Assembly: GCA_965199855.1 (NCBI GenBank)
Contig: OZ241326.1
Location: forward strand, 2,624,001 to 2,688,000
Length of the DNA stretch: 64,000 bases
DNA from: a bacterium
Lineage (GTDB): Bacteria > UBA8248
Reading direction: 5' to 3'
Both the position numbers and the translations under genes were made by a program. The notes beneath the pieces were generated by a model. It was not told the origin of the DNA and ran no database searches. It was given only the letters and a program-made list of their open reading frames with translations. This document shows positions 30,146-39,091 of this stretch, piece by piece (positions within the stretch are counted from its first letter, which is position 1; each line of letters begins with the position of its first letter).

Positions 30146-30802
30146 ATGAGGACGGGAAGCCCGATTCAGGAGCGCAAAGTGGAATCGCCAGACGCCGTCG
30201 TCAAGATATACGACCGTTGGGGGAAATTCTACGACTTTGTATTCAAGCACGTCTTCAACGAGGGCAGAAACGTCGGCGTCGATCTGCTCGACCTGAAGCC
30301 GAGCGAGAAGCTGCTCGAGGTGGGCGTGGGCACAGGGCTCTCCCTGCCGCTCTATCCGCGCACCGCCGAGATCGCCGCCATCGACATCTCCTCGAAGATG
30401 CTCGAGAAGGCGCGGGAAAAAATCGAGAGGATGGGCCTCGCCAACGTCCGGCTCGGCGTGATGGACGCGCAGAACATGACCTACGAGGACGACAGCTTCG
30501 ACTGCGTCATCGCCTGTTACGTGGTGAGCGCGGCGCCCGATCCGGCCCGGGTCGTCTCGGAAATCTCCCGCGTGTGCAAGCCGGGGGGGCGCATCGTCTT
30601 CATCAACCACTTCAAGAGCAACAGCCTTCTCCTGGCGAAGTTCGAGGAGCTCATCAACGGGGTCTGCAAGAAATTCGGATGGGAGACCACCCTGGACATC
30701 GAACCCCTGCTCGAGGCGAACGACATCACCCTCAAGCGCCAGGAGCGCGTCAACATATTCGACTACTGGCGCGCGGTGCTTTGCATCAACTCCGACAAAT
30801 AG
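30146..30802 (+). CDS. Class I SAM methyltransferase, phosphatidylethanolamine N-methyltransferase (PmtA)-like
   Basis: LEVGVGTGLSLPLY, RVCKPGGRIVFINHF. Confidence 0.82.
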   Translation: MRTGSPIQERKVESPDAVVKIYDRWGKFYDFVFKHVFNEGRNVGVDLLDLKPSEKLLEVGVGTGLSLPLYPRTAEIAAIDISSKMLEKAREKIERMGLANVRLGVMDAQNMTYEDDSFDCVIACYVVSAAPDPARVVSEISRVCKPGGRIVFINHFKSNSLLLAKFEELINGVCKKFGWETTLDIEPLLEANDITLKRQERVNIFDYWRAVLCINSDK

Positions 30803-30874
30803 CCTTCTCGTCCGCTCCCCCGCCCGCCGGAATCTCCGCGCGCGGCGGCTCCCCCCGCGTCCTCCTCTCCTGAA

Positions 30875-31777
30875 ATGGACTCGAACGCCTACGGCGTGCT
30901 GCTGGCCTCGGCCGCCTCGTTCTCCTGGGCGGTGTTCACCTATTTCATCAAAAGGGCGCTGACGAACGCCCCCGTTCTCAAGATCACAGCGGCCGTTACG
31001 ACCGCGAACGCCGCGCTCGTGACGCTCATCGCCGCATTCTTCGTCCCGGTCGAGGAGGCGTCGCGCGCCGACGCGAGCGCCCTGCTCTTCTGCTTCCTGG
31101 CGGGCTTTTTCCACATCGGCATCTCGCGCTCCTTCTTCTATCGCTCCATCCAGCGCATCGGTCCGAACCGCTCCATCCCCATCGCCCTGACGTATCCCGT
31201 CGTCACGGCGTTCGCGGCGTCCTTCGCCCTGGGAGAGGCGCCGACCGCCTCCATCCTCGCCGGCCTCCTGGTTCTCCTCGGGGGAATCACGCTCATCGTT
31301 CAAGCCGAGCCGCCCGCGCCCGCCTCCTCGGAGGCTCGCGGCGCGAGGTGGAAGCTGTTCGGCTGGCTTTCCGCCGGCGTCACATCGCTCCTCTGGGGCG
31401 TGGCCGCCGTGTTCTTCAAGAAGGCGTCCCTGGTTCTCCACCCGCTCGCCACCGCCTCCATCGCGCTCTGGGTGGGCGCGATGACGGCCTGCCTCCTCGT
31501 CCTGCTGGACAGGGGCGAAGAATCGCGGGGCGGCATTCCCTCCTCGGCGTGGCGGTGGATTCTCGCCGCCGCCGCGTGCCAGGCGATTGCCGTGCCGCTC
31601 TACAACTTCGCGTTCGTCCACGCCCTGGCCGTGCGCGTGACGGCCATCGTCTCCGCCCAGCCGCTCGTCGTGCTCCTGCTCGGCTGGCTCTTCATGCGCG
31701 AGACGGAGAACATCACGCCCCGGCTCGCTTTCGGTGCGCTTCTCACCGTGGCCGGGACCATCGTCGTCATCACGTAA
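30875..31777 (+). CDS. EamA/DMT family transporter
   Basis: About 10 TM helices in two repeats, 300 aa. Confidence 0.85.
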   Translation: MDSNAYGVLLASAASFSWAVFTYFIKRALTNAPVLKITAAVTTANAALVTLIAAFFVPVEEASRADASALLFCFLAGFFHIGISRSFFYRSIQRIGPNRSIPIALTYPVVTAFAASFALGEAPTASILAGLLVLLGGITLIVQAEPPAPASSEARGARWKLFGWLSAGVTSLLWGVAAVFFKKASLVLHPLATASIALWVGAMTACLLVLLDRGEESRGGIPSSAWRWILAAAACQAIAVPLYNFAFVHALAVRVTAIVSAQPLVVLLLGWLFMRETENITPRLAFGALLTVAGTIVVIT

Positions 31778-31887
31778 GAGCCGCGGAGGCGCGGCTTCTC
31801 CCGCCTCATGGAAAGTGTGCTACGCTGGCGCCGCGGTCTTTCATTCAGGCAGCTTGCCGAAGCCTCATTCCCGGAAGGAGAGCATTC

Positions 31888-32364
31888 ATGGGCGAAGTCA
31901 TCCACGTCACAAAGGCCCGCGTCGTCAAGGAGCCGGGCAGAGGGATGAAGACGGCGTATTTCGAGGCATTCCCCGACGCGCCGGTTCCCTACGGCATTCA
32001 CGGGGGAATCAAGAACTTCTACAAGGCGGAGCCCGTGGAGGAGCGGCCGGCCACGCTGGATCACCTGGCCGCCGCCGTCGCCGGCTGACTGACGGGCAAC
32101 ATGGGAGGCGCGCTGGAGGCGCGCGGAATCAAGAGCAGTCCCGACAACCTGACGGCGGAGGTCGAGGGCGTCATCGAGAACGTGGACGGCACGGCGCTGG
32201 TGACGAAGATCAAGGTCCACTACACGTGCAGGATTCCGAAGGGAAAGCGCTCGGACGCCGAGCGCGCCCTCGCCGTGCACGAGAAGGGCTGTCCGGCCAG
32301 CCAGAGCGTGCGGCGCGGCATCGCCGTCGAACTCTCGGCCGACTTCGAGGAAATCGAAGAATAG
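31888..32364 (+). CDS. OsmC-family protein with in-frame UGA (probable selenocysteine at codon 67)
   Basis: SD AGGAG plus ATG 31888; ...AAAVAG-UGA-LTGNMGGAL... stays in frame to KGCPASQS; hairpin downstream. Confidence 0.82.
32108..32124 (+). promoter_or_regulatory. SECIS-like hairpin
   Basis: GCGCGC-TGGAG-GCGCGC; loop starts 26 nt after the UGA. Confidence 0.55.
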
Positions 32365-32427
32365 CGAACCTGAGGGACGAGGCCCCGGGAGCGTCCGCCG
32401 TTCCCGGAGCTTCGACGCCCGGCGGCC

Positions 32428-32643
32428 TTACACGAACGGGACGCCGTATCGGCATCGCCTGTCGATTCCCCACGCCATGCGGGCGGAGAAGCCGAGAAGC
32501 AGCGCGAGCCAAGCCGCCTGCGTCCAGGCGCCCGGAAGAGGCGCGCCCACCGGGAACATCAGGGAGAAGACGAACGCGCTCGGCGCCGCCCACGCGAACG
32601 CGAGATAGGCGAGGATGAGCGACCAGTCCAAAAGCGAGAGCAT
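32428..32643 (-). CDS. Small membrane protein, possibly a deleted sodium:solute symporter remnant
   Basis: MLSLLDWSLILAYL resembles SSS N-termini; 71 aa, hydrophobic. Confidence 0.35.
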   Translation of the reverse strand: MLSLLDWSLILAYLAFAWAAPSAFVFSLMFPVGAPLPGAWTQAAWLALLLGFSARMAWGIDRRCRYGVPFV

Positions 32644-32769
32644 GGCTCTTTTCCGCAGGCGCGGGCGGGCCGAAAACGCGCCTTGAGGGGGAGCGGACAG
32701 CGCGATATCACCGATGGCGGATGCTTTTCGAGAGTTTTTCCGAAAAACGGAGCATGCCCGAAGCGTTTC

Positions 32770-32880
32770 GCCGACCACTCCCTTCCCGGTCGAGGACGAC
32801 GCCTGAATGACGGGTTCCGAGGCGGCGCGCGCCGGAGGGGAAGCCTCCGTCGTCATCCTCAAGGCGGAGGGAGCGCGGAA
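32770..32880. repeat. Degenerate inverted pair of CGTC-type palindromic elements
   Basis: GTCGTCCTCGACCGGGAAGGGAG (minus) versus GTCATCCTCAAGGCGGAGGGAG (plus). Confidence 0.3.
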
Positions 32881-32950
32881 CCGGGGGCTTCGGCCCTCCC
32901 GCCAATGGCGAGGAGAGGAAAGCGCTCTCGCAGGCCGCGCCCGCCTGGCT

Positions 32951-35194
32951 TCATTCTCCGTTCTTATTCAGGCGGCCCAGCGTCTCCAGCACGTGTTCCG
33001 GCGTGATGGGGATGCGCGTGACGCGCGCCCCAATCGCCTGGCCGACCGCGCAGGCCACCGCCGCCGCCGCCGCCGTGCAGGGAGGCTCCCCGATGCCTTT
33101 CGCCCCGTAGGGCCCCAGCCCCTCGCCCGATTCCAGAACCACGTTGTCCCACTCGGGCGTGTCCGCCGAGGTGGGAATGAGGTAGCCGTGAAACTCGTTG
33201 TTGAGGAGCGCGCCCCTTTCCGTCAGAACCTCCTCGGCCAGGGCGTGGCCGACCCCCATCATCGAGCCGCCCTCGAACTGCCCCTCCACGTGCTGCATGT
33301 TGATGGCCTGGCCGATGTCGTGCCCCGACCAGTAGTTGAGAACGCGAAACTCCCCCGTATCGACGTTCACCTCCACTTCCGCCGCGTGAATCCCGAACAC
33401 GTAGTCCATCCAGCCGCCGGCGTCGCCGTATTGCTCGCTGCCCTCGTATTCGTGGGCGCCGAGCCGCATCTTTCCCACCGTGTGAAGGTCGACGCCCATC
33501 TTCGCGCACTGCGCGGCGGCCTCGGCGAAGCTGACGCCGCGCTCCTCGGCGGCCTTCACGAAAACCCTGCCGTCCAGCGCCACCATATCCTCGGGCGCGG
33601 CCTCGAGCAGCTCCGCCGCCCCGCGAAGGATGCGTTCCTTCAGCTCGACCGAGGCCCGGTGGCAGGAGCCGCCCGATATCATCGTCTGGCGGCTGCCCGC
33701 CGTCACGCCCACGAGCGGGGTGACGTGGGAGTCCGACGTCGTCACCGTCACGTCTTCGAGGGCAACGCCGAGCGTCTCCGCCGCGATCTGGCGGTTCGTC
33801 TGGGTCTGGCCGGCGCCCACGTCCGAGACGCCCGTGCGCACGCTCACGCTGCCGTCGGCGTCGATGGACACATAGACCTCGCCCTCGTTTCTGGGCCTTC
33901 CGTATCCGCCGACGTTGGCGACGACGCCGATGCCCGCGCGCCAGGGGCCATGATCCTTCTCGGGGACGCGGCCCGCCGGGCGGCCGATGAGCGCCCTGGT
34001 CTCCTCCGCCAGCTCCGGCAGCATCACCCGCGAGGGCACGGGCTGCTTCTGCATGAGCGTCGCGCCCTTTTTGATGAAGTTCCTCTCCCGGAACGCCAGG
34101 GGATCCATCCCCAGCCGCGCCGCCAGCTCGTCCATCTGCGCCTCGTAGGCGAAGCACACCTGGTTCGCCCCCACGCCGCGCATCGCCTCGGTGAAGGGGT
34201 TGTTCGTCCTCACGGCGCGGGCGCGGCCCCTGGCATTCGGAATCTCGTAGGGGCCGCCGCTCACCACGAGCGCGCCCAGGAGCAGTCCCCTGCTGTTGGC
34301 CGCGTAGCCTCCCGCGTCGCCGATGATATCGACTTCGATCGCGGTGAGCTTCCCCTCCTTCGTGGCGCCGGTTCTGTATTTCATCACGAAGGGGTGCTTC
34401 TTGCTGCCGGTGTTCATGGTCTCTTCCCTGGAATAGGCCATGCGCACCGGCCGCCCCGTCCTCATCGCCAGCAGCGCCATGAAGGCGCCCAGAAGCGGAT
34501 GCTCCTTTCCGCCGAAGGCGCCGCCCAGCATGGGGCAGTCGTATCGAACGCGGCTGAGAGGCAGGCCGAGGGTTCGCGCCACGTTCTGGTAGTTCTCTAT
34601 CATCTGGGTGGGCGCGCGAACGTTCACCACCCCGCGCTCGTCCACCCAGGCCACCCCGCCTTCGGGCTCGATGAAGGCGTGATCGAGGCAGGCGGAAAAG
34701 TAGTCGTTCTCCACGATCACGTCCGCCGCCGCGAAGCCCGCCGCCGCGTCTCCCTTCTCCGTCTTCCAGTCGCAGATCACCTCGCCCTCCTCGAGGGAGG
34801 CGAAGTCGTAGGCGCCGGAGAACGGCTCGTAAAGCACGTCGACGAGCGCGGCCGCTTCCTCCGCCAGGTCCCGCGTGTCCGCGGCCACGAGCGCGACGGC
34901 GTCGCCGATGTCGGCGACGACGTCCTCGGCGAGCACCGGGAAATCGGGATAGCGGCCCGCGTTTTTCCCCGGAATGTCCTTCGCGGTCAGGACGCAGTGG
35001 ACGCCCGGCAGGGCGAGCGCCCGGCGCGCGTCTATCTTCCGGATCCTCGCCGGCGTCATCGAGGCGCGAACGGCTTTTCCGTATATCTCGCCCGGCAGAT
35101 GAAAATCATCGCCGTAGATGGTGTCGCCGACCGCCTTCGCCAGGGCGTCGTCCTTCGTCGGCGAGGCGCCGACGTGCGTCATCAGGGGCATCAT
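32951..35194 (-). CDS. Xanthine dehydrogenase family molybdopterin-binding subunit
   Basis: HAFIEP, GGAFGGK, AMRGVG, GSRQT, GPYGAKGIGE. Confidence 0.93.
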   Translation of the reverse strand: MMPLMTHVGASPTKDDALAKAVGDTIYGDDFHLPGEIYGKAVRASMTPARIRKIDARRALALPGVHCVLTAKDIPGKNAGRYPDFPVLAEDVVADIGDAVALVAADTRDLAEEAAALVDVLYEPFSGAYDFASLEEGEVICDWKTEKGDAAAGFAAADVIVENDYFSACLDHAFIEPEGGVAWVDERGVVNVRAPTQMIENYQNVARTLGLPLSRVRYDCPMLGGAFGGKEHPLLGAFMALLAMRTGRPVRMAYSREETMNTGSKKHPFVMKYRTGATKEGKLTAIEVDIIGDAGGYAANSRGLLLGALVVSGGPYEIPNARGRARAVRTNNPFTEAMRGVGANQVCFAYEAQMDELAARLGMDPLAFRERNFIKKGATLMQKQPVPSRVMLPELAEETRALIGRPAGRVPEKDHGPWRAGIGVVANVGGYGRPRNEGEVYVSIDADGSVSVRTGVSDVGAGQTQTNRQIAAETLGVALEDVTVTTSDSHVTPLVGVTAGSRQTMISGGSCHRASVELKERILRGAAELLEAAPEDMVALDGRVFVKAAEERGVSFAEAAAQCAKMGVDLHTVGKMRLGAHEYEGSEQYGDAGGWMDYVFGIHAAEVEVNVDTGEFRVLNYWSGHDIGQAINMQHVEGQFEGGSMMGVGHALAEEVLTERGALLNNEFHGYLIPTSADTPEWDNVVLESGEGLGPYGAKGIGEPPCTAAAAAVACAVGQAIGARVTRIPITPEHVLETLGRLNKNGE

Positions 35195-35218
35195 TTTCTC
35201 CTATGCGGAACGCGGAAG

Positions 35219-36217
35219 CTAGTCCCGAACGGACGAGACCTCCACGACCTCTCCCTCGCGCGCGCTCCGAACGACAGCCTCGAGCACGGCGACGACCTCG
35301 AGCCCCTCGGGGCCGCCCGTCTCGGGCGTCGCCTCTCCCCGGACGCATCGGCAGAATTCGCCCATCTCGTCCGCCAGGGCGTCTCCGCCCGCGACCTCGA
35401 CCTCGCTCAGCGCCTCCTCGCCCACCTTGGCCACGCGCAGTCTTCCGCCCTCCTCGGTGCTGTAGGCGCGCATCTTCGTGCCGAAGGCGGCGGTGTCGCA
35501 GATTTTGGGAATGACGAACGTGGTGCCGATGTAGCCCAGCGGCCCGCTCTCGTATTCGATGATGACGCTCGTCGTGTCGTCGAGGTTCGTCTTGCCCAGC
35601 AGCTTCTTGCTGAACGCGCACACCCTCTTGGCGGGGCCGGCGAGATACTGCAGGTTGTCGATCATGTGGACGCCCAGGCCCGTCATCGAGCCCGCGGGGC
35701 ATTCCTCCGCGTCGTTGCGCCAGCCCTGCTTGGGCTCGAATCCCATCGGGAGCGAGAGGTTCGCCTCCAGCTGGTGGAGCATCCCCAGCTCGCCCGCGTC
35801 TATCATCTCCCTGATCCTCCGGTTGGCGCCGAAGCGGCGGCGATGATGCCCCACCTGAAGGGTTACGTTCGCCTCCGAGGTCGCCGCAATCGCCTTTCTG
35901 GCCTCGGAGACCGTCAGGGTGAGCGGCTTCTCCACGAAAACGTGCTTGCCGGCCGAGGCGGCCTCGGAAATCATGTCCGGATGCGTGGAATGGGGCGTGG
36001 CGACGAGGACGCCCTCCACCTCCGGGTCGCTCCACACCTCGTCCAGGCTGGCCGCCGCCCGGCAGCCGTATTTTTCGGAAAACGCCTTGCGGGCGTCCGC
36101 GCCGCGCGCGAAGCCCGAAACCACCTCGCCCGCGCCGCTACGGTTCACCGCCTCCGCCAGAACGCCGCCCCACCAGCCAAGCCCGATAGAGGCCAGGCGC
36201 ACCTTGTCGTTCGCCAT
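35219..36217 (-). CDS. Gfo/Idh/MocA family oxidoreductase
   Basis: IGLGWWG, ATPHSTH, AGKHVFVEKP. Confidence 0.93.
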   Translation of the reverse strand: MANDKVRLASIGLGWWGGVLAEAVNRSGAGEVVSGFARGADARKAFSEKYGCRAAASLDEVWSDPEVEGVLVATPHSTHPDMISEAASAGKHVFVEKPLTLTVSEARKAIAATSEANVTLQVGHHRRRFGANRRIREMIDAGELGMLHQLEANLSLPMGFEPKQGWRNDAEECPAGSMTGLGVHMIDNLQYLAGPAKRVCAFSKKLLGKTNLDDTTSVIIEYESGPLGYIGTTFVIPKICDTAAFGTKMRAYSTEEGGRLRVAKVGEEALSEVEVAGGDALADEMGEFCRCVRGEATPETGGPEGLEVVAVLEAVVRSAREGEVVEVSSVRD

Positions 36218-36362
36218 TTTCGATCCCTCGTTTGTTGAATGGATGAGTTCCCGGCGCCTCCCGGACGCCGCGCGGCTTCATGCGGGACGCACCATAAACC
36301 AATCGCGGGCGATTGAAAAGCGAGAGAGGGGAATCGAGCCGCCGAGACCCGAAAAATGGCGC

Positions 36363-36395
36363 AAAAAAAAACCCCCTCCCCTTTCGGGGAGGAGG
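36363..36395 (-). terminator. Intrinsic terminator
   Basis: CCTCCTCCCC-GAAA-GGGGAGGGGG followed by T9. Confidence 0.85.
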
Positions 36396-36517
36396 CTCTC
36401 GCATGGGAGGGAGACGCGAGAGAATGATGCCGTGGCGGAGGAGCGCCGACCCGATCAGCCACTCCTCGCGCCGGCCAGTCAGGGCGTGCCGCCTATGAAC
36501 GCCCCGACCAGCGTTCC
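36363..36517 (-). ncRNA. Putative sigma54-dependent small RNA (~155 nt)
   Basis: Bounded by a sigma54 promoter and a terminator; hairpins; CU-rich loop; no credible ORF. Confidence 0.6.
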
Positions 36518-36526
36518 TTCATTGAT

Positions 36527-36542
36527 AGCAAGAGTCGTGCCA
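36527..36542 (-). promoter_or_regulatory. Sigma54 (-24/-12) promoter
   Basis: TGGCACGACTCTTGCT matches TGGCACG-N4-TTGCW. Confidence 0.8.
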
Positions 36543-36648
36543 TTTTTGATTATCACATAACTTCTTGCGTATCAACGATATAAAGAGGAGAGGCGCATGA
36601 GCGGAATTGCCATTTTGTCACGCATGAGCCGCCCGAAGCGACAAATCG

Positions 36649-37293
36649 TCATGGCGCGCCGCTCCCGGCGGAGGATGCGGCCGCCGGCGTCCGCTCCCGC
36701 CGTGAACCGGAGAGGCTGGCGGGAAGCCCTTCCAGCGCATACCGGACGGCGGCTTTCATCTCGTCCCCCCGGGAAAACGCCGTCGCCCCTCGCGCCTCCG
36801 ATTTCCACACCACCGCCCCGGAGCCGACGTCCACGAGGCGCACCCGCACCCACGCCGCGCACGATTCGATGCCGCCGCACCGCCGCGCGCCCCCGGCGAA
36901 GATGACGGCCTGCGCCTTCGCCTTCCGCAGCGAAAGCAGGCGGGCTTTCGTAAGCTCCTCCCCGGGGCGAGACGCATCGCCCGCTTTCGCGCTTCCCGGA
37001 TCTCCCGGCCATGGAACCGGCTCGTAGCCCTTGGCGGCGAGGGCGTCCCGAATCAGGAACGCGCCTTCGAGCGACTCGATTTTCCTGCCGTCGGGCGCCT
37101 TCAGGCCCGCCTGCTCGTAGATGGCGCGAAAAAGCCCCGTCCAGTCGCTCGCGTAGCGAAAAGGGGCTACGGCGACGCGCCTGAGCGTCCGTATCCTTTC
37201 CGGGCTGGCGACCCCCTGGACTCTCGAAACCTGATACGCGCAGCCCGAAGCGAGGAGGAGAAGAACGAGCAGCGGGCGGAATCGACGCCGCAT
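36649..37293 (-). CDS. Hypothetical lipoprotein
   Basis: MRRRFRPLLVLLLLASG-C lipobox; ATG overlaps upstream TGA. Confidence 0.7.
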   Translation of the reverse strand: MRRRFRPLLVLLLLASGCAYQVSRVQGVASPERIRTLRRVAVAPFRYASDWTGLFRAIYEQAGLKAPDGRKIESLEGAFLIRDALAAKGYEPVPWPGDPGSAKAGDASRPGEELTKARLLSLRKAKAQAVIFAGGARRCGGIESCAAWVRVRLVDVGSGAVVWKSEARGATAFSRGDEMKAAVRYALEGLPASLSGSRRERTPAAASSAGSGAP

Positions 37294-38042
37294 CACCGTA
37301 GCCACGCGCCGGGATTCCAGTCCCGCAGGATTCGCCCCAGCCAGCCGAGCGCGAACGCATACGCCTCCCAACCCTCGCGCCAGATGGCCTGGAGATAGGA
37401 AGCCGCCGCCGCCCAGCCCCCCGTCGAGACGAGCGCCGCGCCGCCGATGAACACCATCCCCCAGAAGAAGATGAACGCCCAGGAAAAAATCCGCCCGCCG
37501 CGCGCGACGTCGGGCTGCGCCGTCCCGAGCGCCCGGAAGGTCATCAGCGCGTGCAGGCAGAGCGTGAGGCCGGCGAGGAACGCCGTCGCCCAGCGAATCC
37601 GCTCGTCGCCGAACGCCCAGCCGATGAGGGTTCCCAGAACCAGCGCCCCCATCGTGAGCAGGGGGAAAAAATAAGGCGCCAGGGTGACGACGGGGTTCGT
37701 GCCGCTCAGACCCACCTTCCCGCCGCCCCGGTTCACCTCGAAGGAGTTCACCTTCTTGCCCGTCAGCAGGCCGAACGCCAGATGCGTGAACTCGTGCGCG
37801 AAGGTGTAGAGGAACTCGGGCGGCCGGAGCCGGTGCCAGACGGCGTAGATCGCCGCGCCCGCAAGGAAGGCCCAGCCCTCGGGCGCAGGCGCGGGCAGGC
37901 CGGCGACTGGCGCCCCCGAGAGAAAGGCGGACGGGAATACCCGGAAAAAAGAAAGCGCGGCCGCCCAGCAGGCGGGCAGCAGGAGCGCGGAGATCAGCCA
38001 GACCAGGGGTCGGCCCAGAATTTTTTTCAGGAGCGCCGTCAT
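37293..38042 (-). CDS. Membrane metallopeptidase, M50B-like
   Basis: FAHEFTH (HExxH), LAPYFFP, QPD; hydrophobic. Confidence 0.75.
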   Translation of the reverse strand: MTALLKKILGRPLVWLISALLLPACWAAALSFFRVFPSAFLSGAPVAGLPAPAPEGWAFLAGAAIYAVWHRLRPPEFLYTFAHEFTHLAFGLLTGKKVNSFEVNRGGGKVGLSGTNPVVTLAPYFFPLLTMGALVLGTLIGWAFGDERIRWATAFLAGLTLCLHALMTFRALGTAQPDVARGGRIFSWAFIFFWGMVFIGGAALVSTGGWAAAASYLQAIWREGWEAYAFALGWLGRILRDWNPGAWLR

Positions 38043-38180
38043 CGAGCCTCGCCTTCATGTTTTTCGCCGCCGATCCGGATCATAGCGCATCATCGTCCGC
38101 ATCCCATCCCCGCGCGGCGGAAAATACCCGAAAACGCCCTGTCGCCCGAAAAGCGCTGACAACGGGACGCGGGAGGCTTG

Positions 38181-38202
38181 CATTTAACCAGATGATTAAA
38201 TG
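38181..38202. promoter_or_regulatory. Palindromic operator overlapping the ArsR start
   Basis: CATTTAACCAGATGATTAAATG inverted repeat. Confidence 0.6.
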
Positions 38203-38636
38203 TAAAATGCGCCACGAAAGCGCCCCCAACGATCAGGAAGCCCGCGGCGGCCTCGCCCGGCGGGCCATCCTCTCACGGCTTTCCCGGGGAGAGGTCACCG
38301 TCACGGGTCTGGGCCGCCCCGTTTCGCATCTCGCTTCCGGCCGTCTTGAAGCGCCTGCGCGCACTGGAGCGGGCCGGCCTCGCGCGCCGGGAGAAGCGGG
38401 GGCGCGTCCATCGCCTCCGTCCGCGCGCCGCGCCGATGAAAAAGGCGTCCGAATGGCTTGATTTCCATCGACAATTCCGGGAGGGGCGACTGGAAAGCCT
38501 CGCCCGGCATCTCGATGAAGCGCCCGGGGAGGAAACGAAGACATGCCCGAATCAAAACTCTCCCTGCGAATCAGGCGAACCTTTCGCGCCGCGCGAGAGG
38601 AGCTCTTCGCCGCGTGGACGCAAGAGGAGGGACTGA
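38192..38636 (+). pseudogene. Frameshifted ArsR/SmtB-family regulator
   Basis: RRAILSRLSRGEVTVT in one frame; LAAPFRISLPAVLKRLRALERAGL in another; shift near 38311. Confidence 0.75.
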
Positions 38637-38986
38637 AGCAGTGGTGGGGGCCGAAAGGGTTCACGACCCCCAAGGTGGAGATGGATTCGAGGGTCGGCGG
38701 GAAATACCGCGTCGAGATGCAACCGCCAGAGGGGGAATCGTTCCATCTGAACGGGGAGTTCCTCGAAATCACGCCCCCGGAGCGGCTCGTCTGCGTCTTT
38801 CAATGGGAGAGGGGGGACTGGGAATATCCCGAAACCCTGCTCACTGTGGAGTTTCTCGAGCGCGGGGACGGCGCCGAGCTCCTCCTCACCCACGAGGGAT
38901 TCCCGGACGAGAACATGCGCGAGGAGCATGAAACGGGCTGGGGCGAGTGTCTGGATCGGCTCCGCGACAGCCTGGGGAGCGCATGA
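38543..38986 (+). CDS. SRPBCC/AHSA1 domain protein
   Basis: RRTFRAAREELFAAWT, WWGP, HETGW. Confidence 0.9.
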   Translation: MPESKLSLRIRRTFRAAREELFAAWTQEEGLKQWWGPKGFTTPKVEMDSRVGGKYRVEMQPPEGESFHLNGEFLEITPPERLVCVFQWERGDWEYPETLLTVEFLERGDGAELLLTHEGFPDENMREEHETGWGECLDRLRDSLGSA

Positions 38987-39091
38987 GGGGCGGGCGAGGA
39001 TTCGCGTCCTCATCAAGGCGGGAAGACGACTCCGCCGGGCCGATAAGGCGCGGGCGCATCCGCGCGCGACGGGCGGAAGCGGAAATCTACC

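Noticed and set aside
32101-32364. Standalone 87-aa OsmC fragment or pseudogene
   Set aside because: Better explained by UGA recoding at the conserved Cys position.
32807-36238. 1143-aa plus-strand ORF and similar long Arg/Pro/Ala-rich ORFs elsewhere (e.g. 27251-29419, 59549-61819)
   Set aside because: They overlap well-supported opposite-strand genes and have shadow-frame composition.
36493-36543. 16-aa minus-strand ORF MARLLLSMKERWSGRS
   Set aside because: It begins inside the sigma54 promoter, upstream of the predicted TSS, and has no SD.
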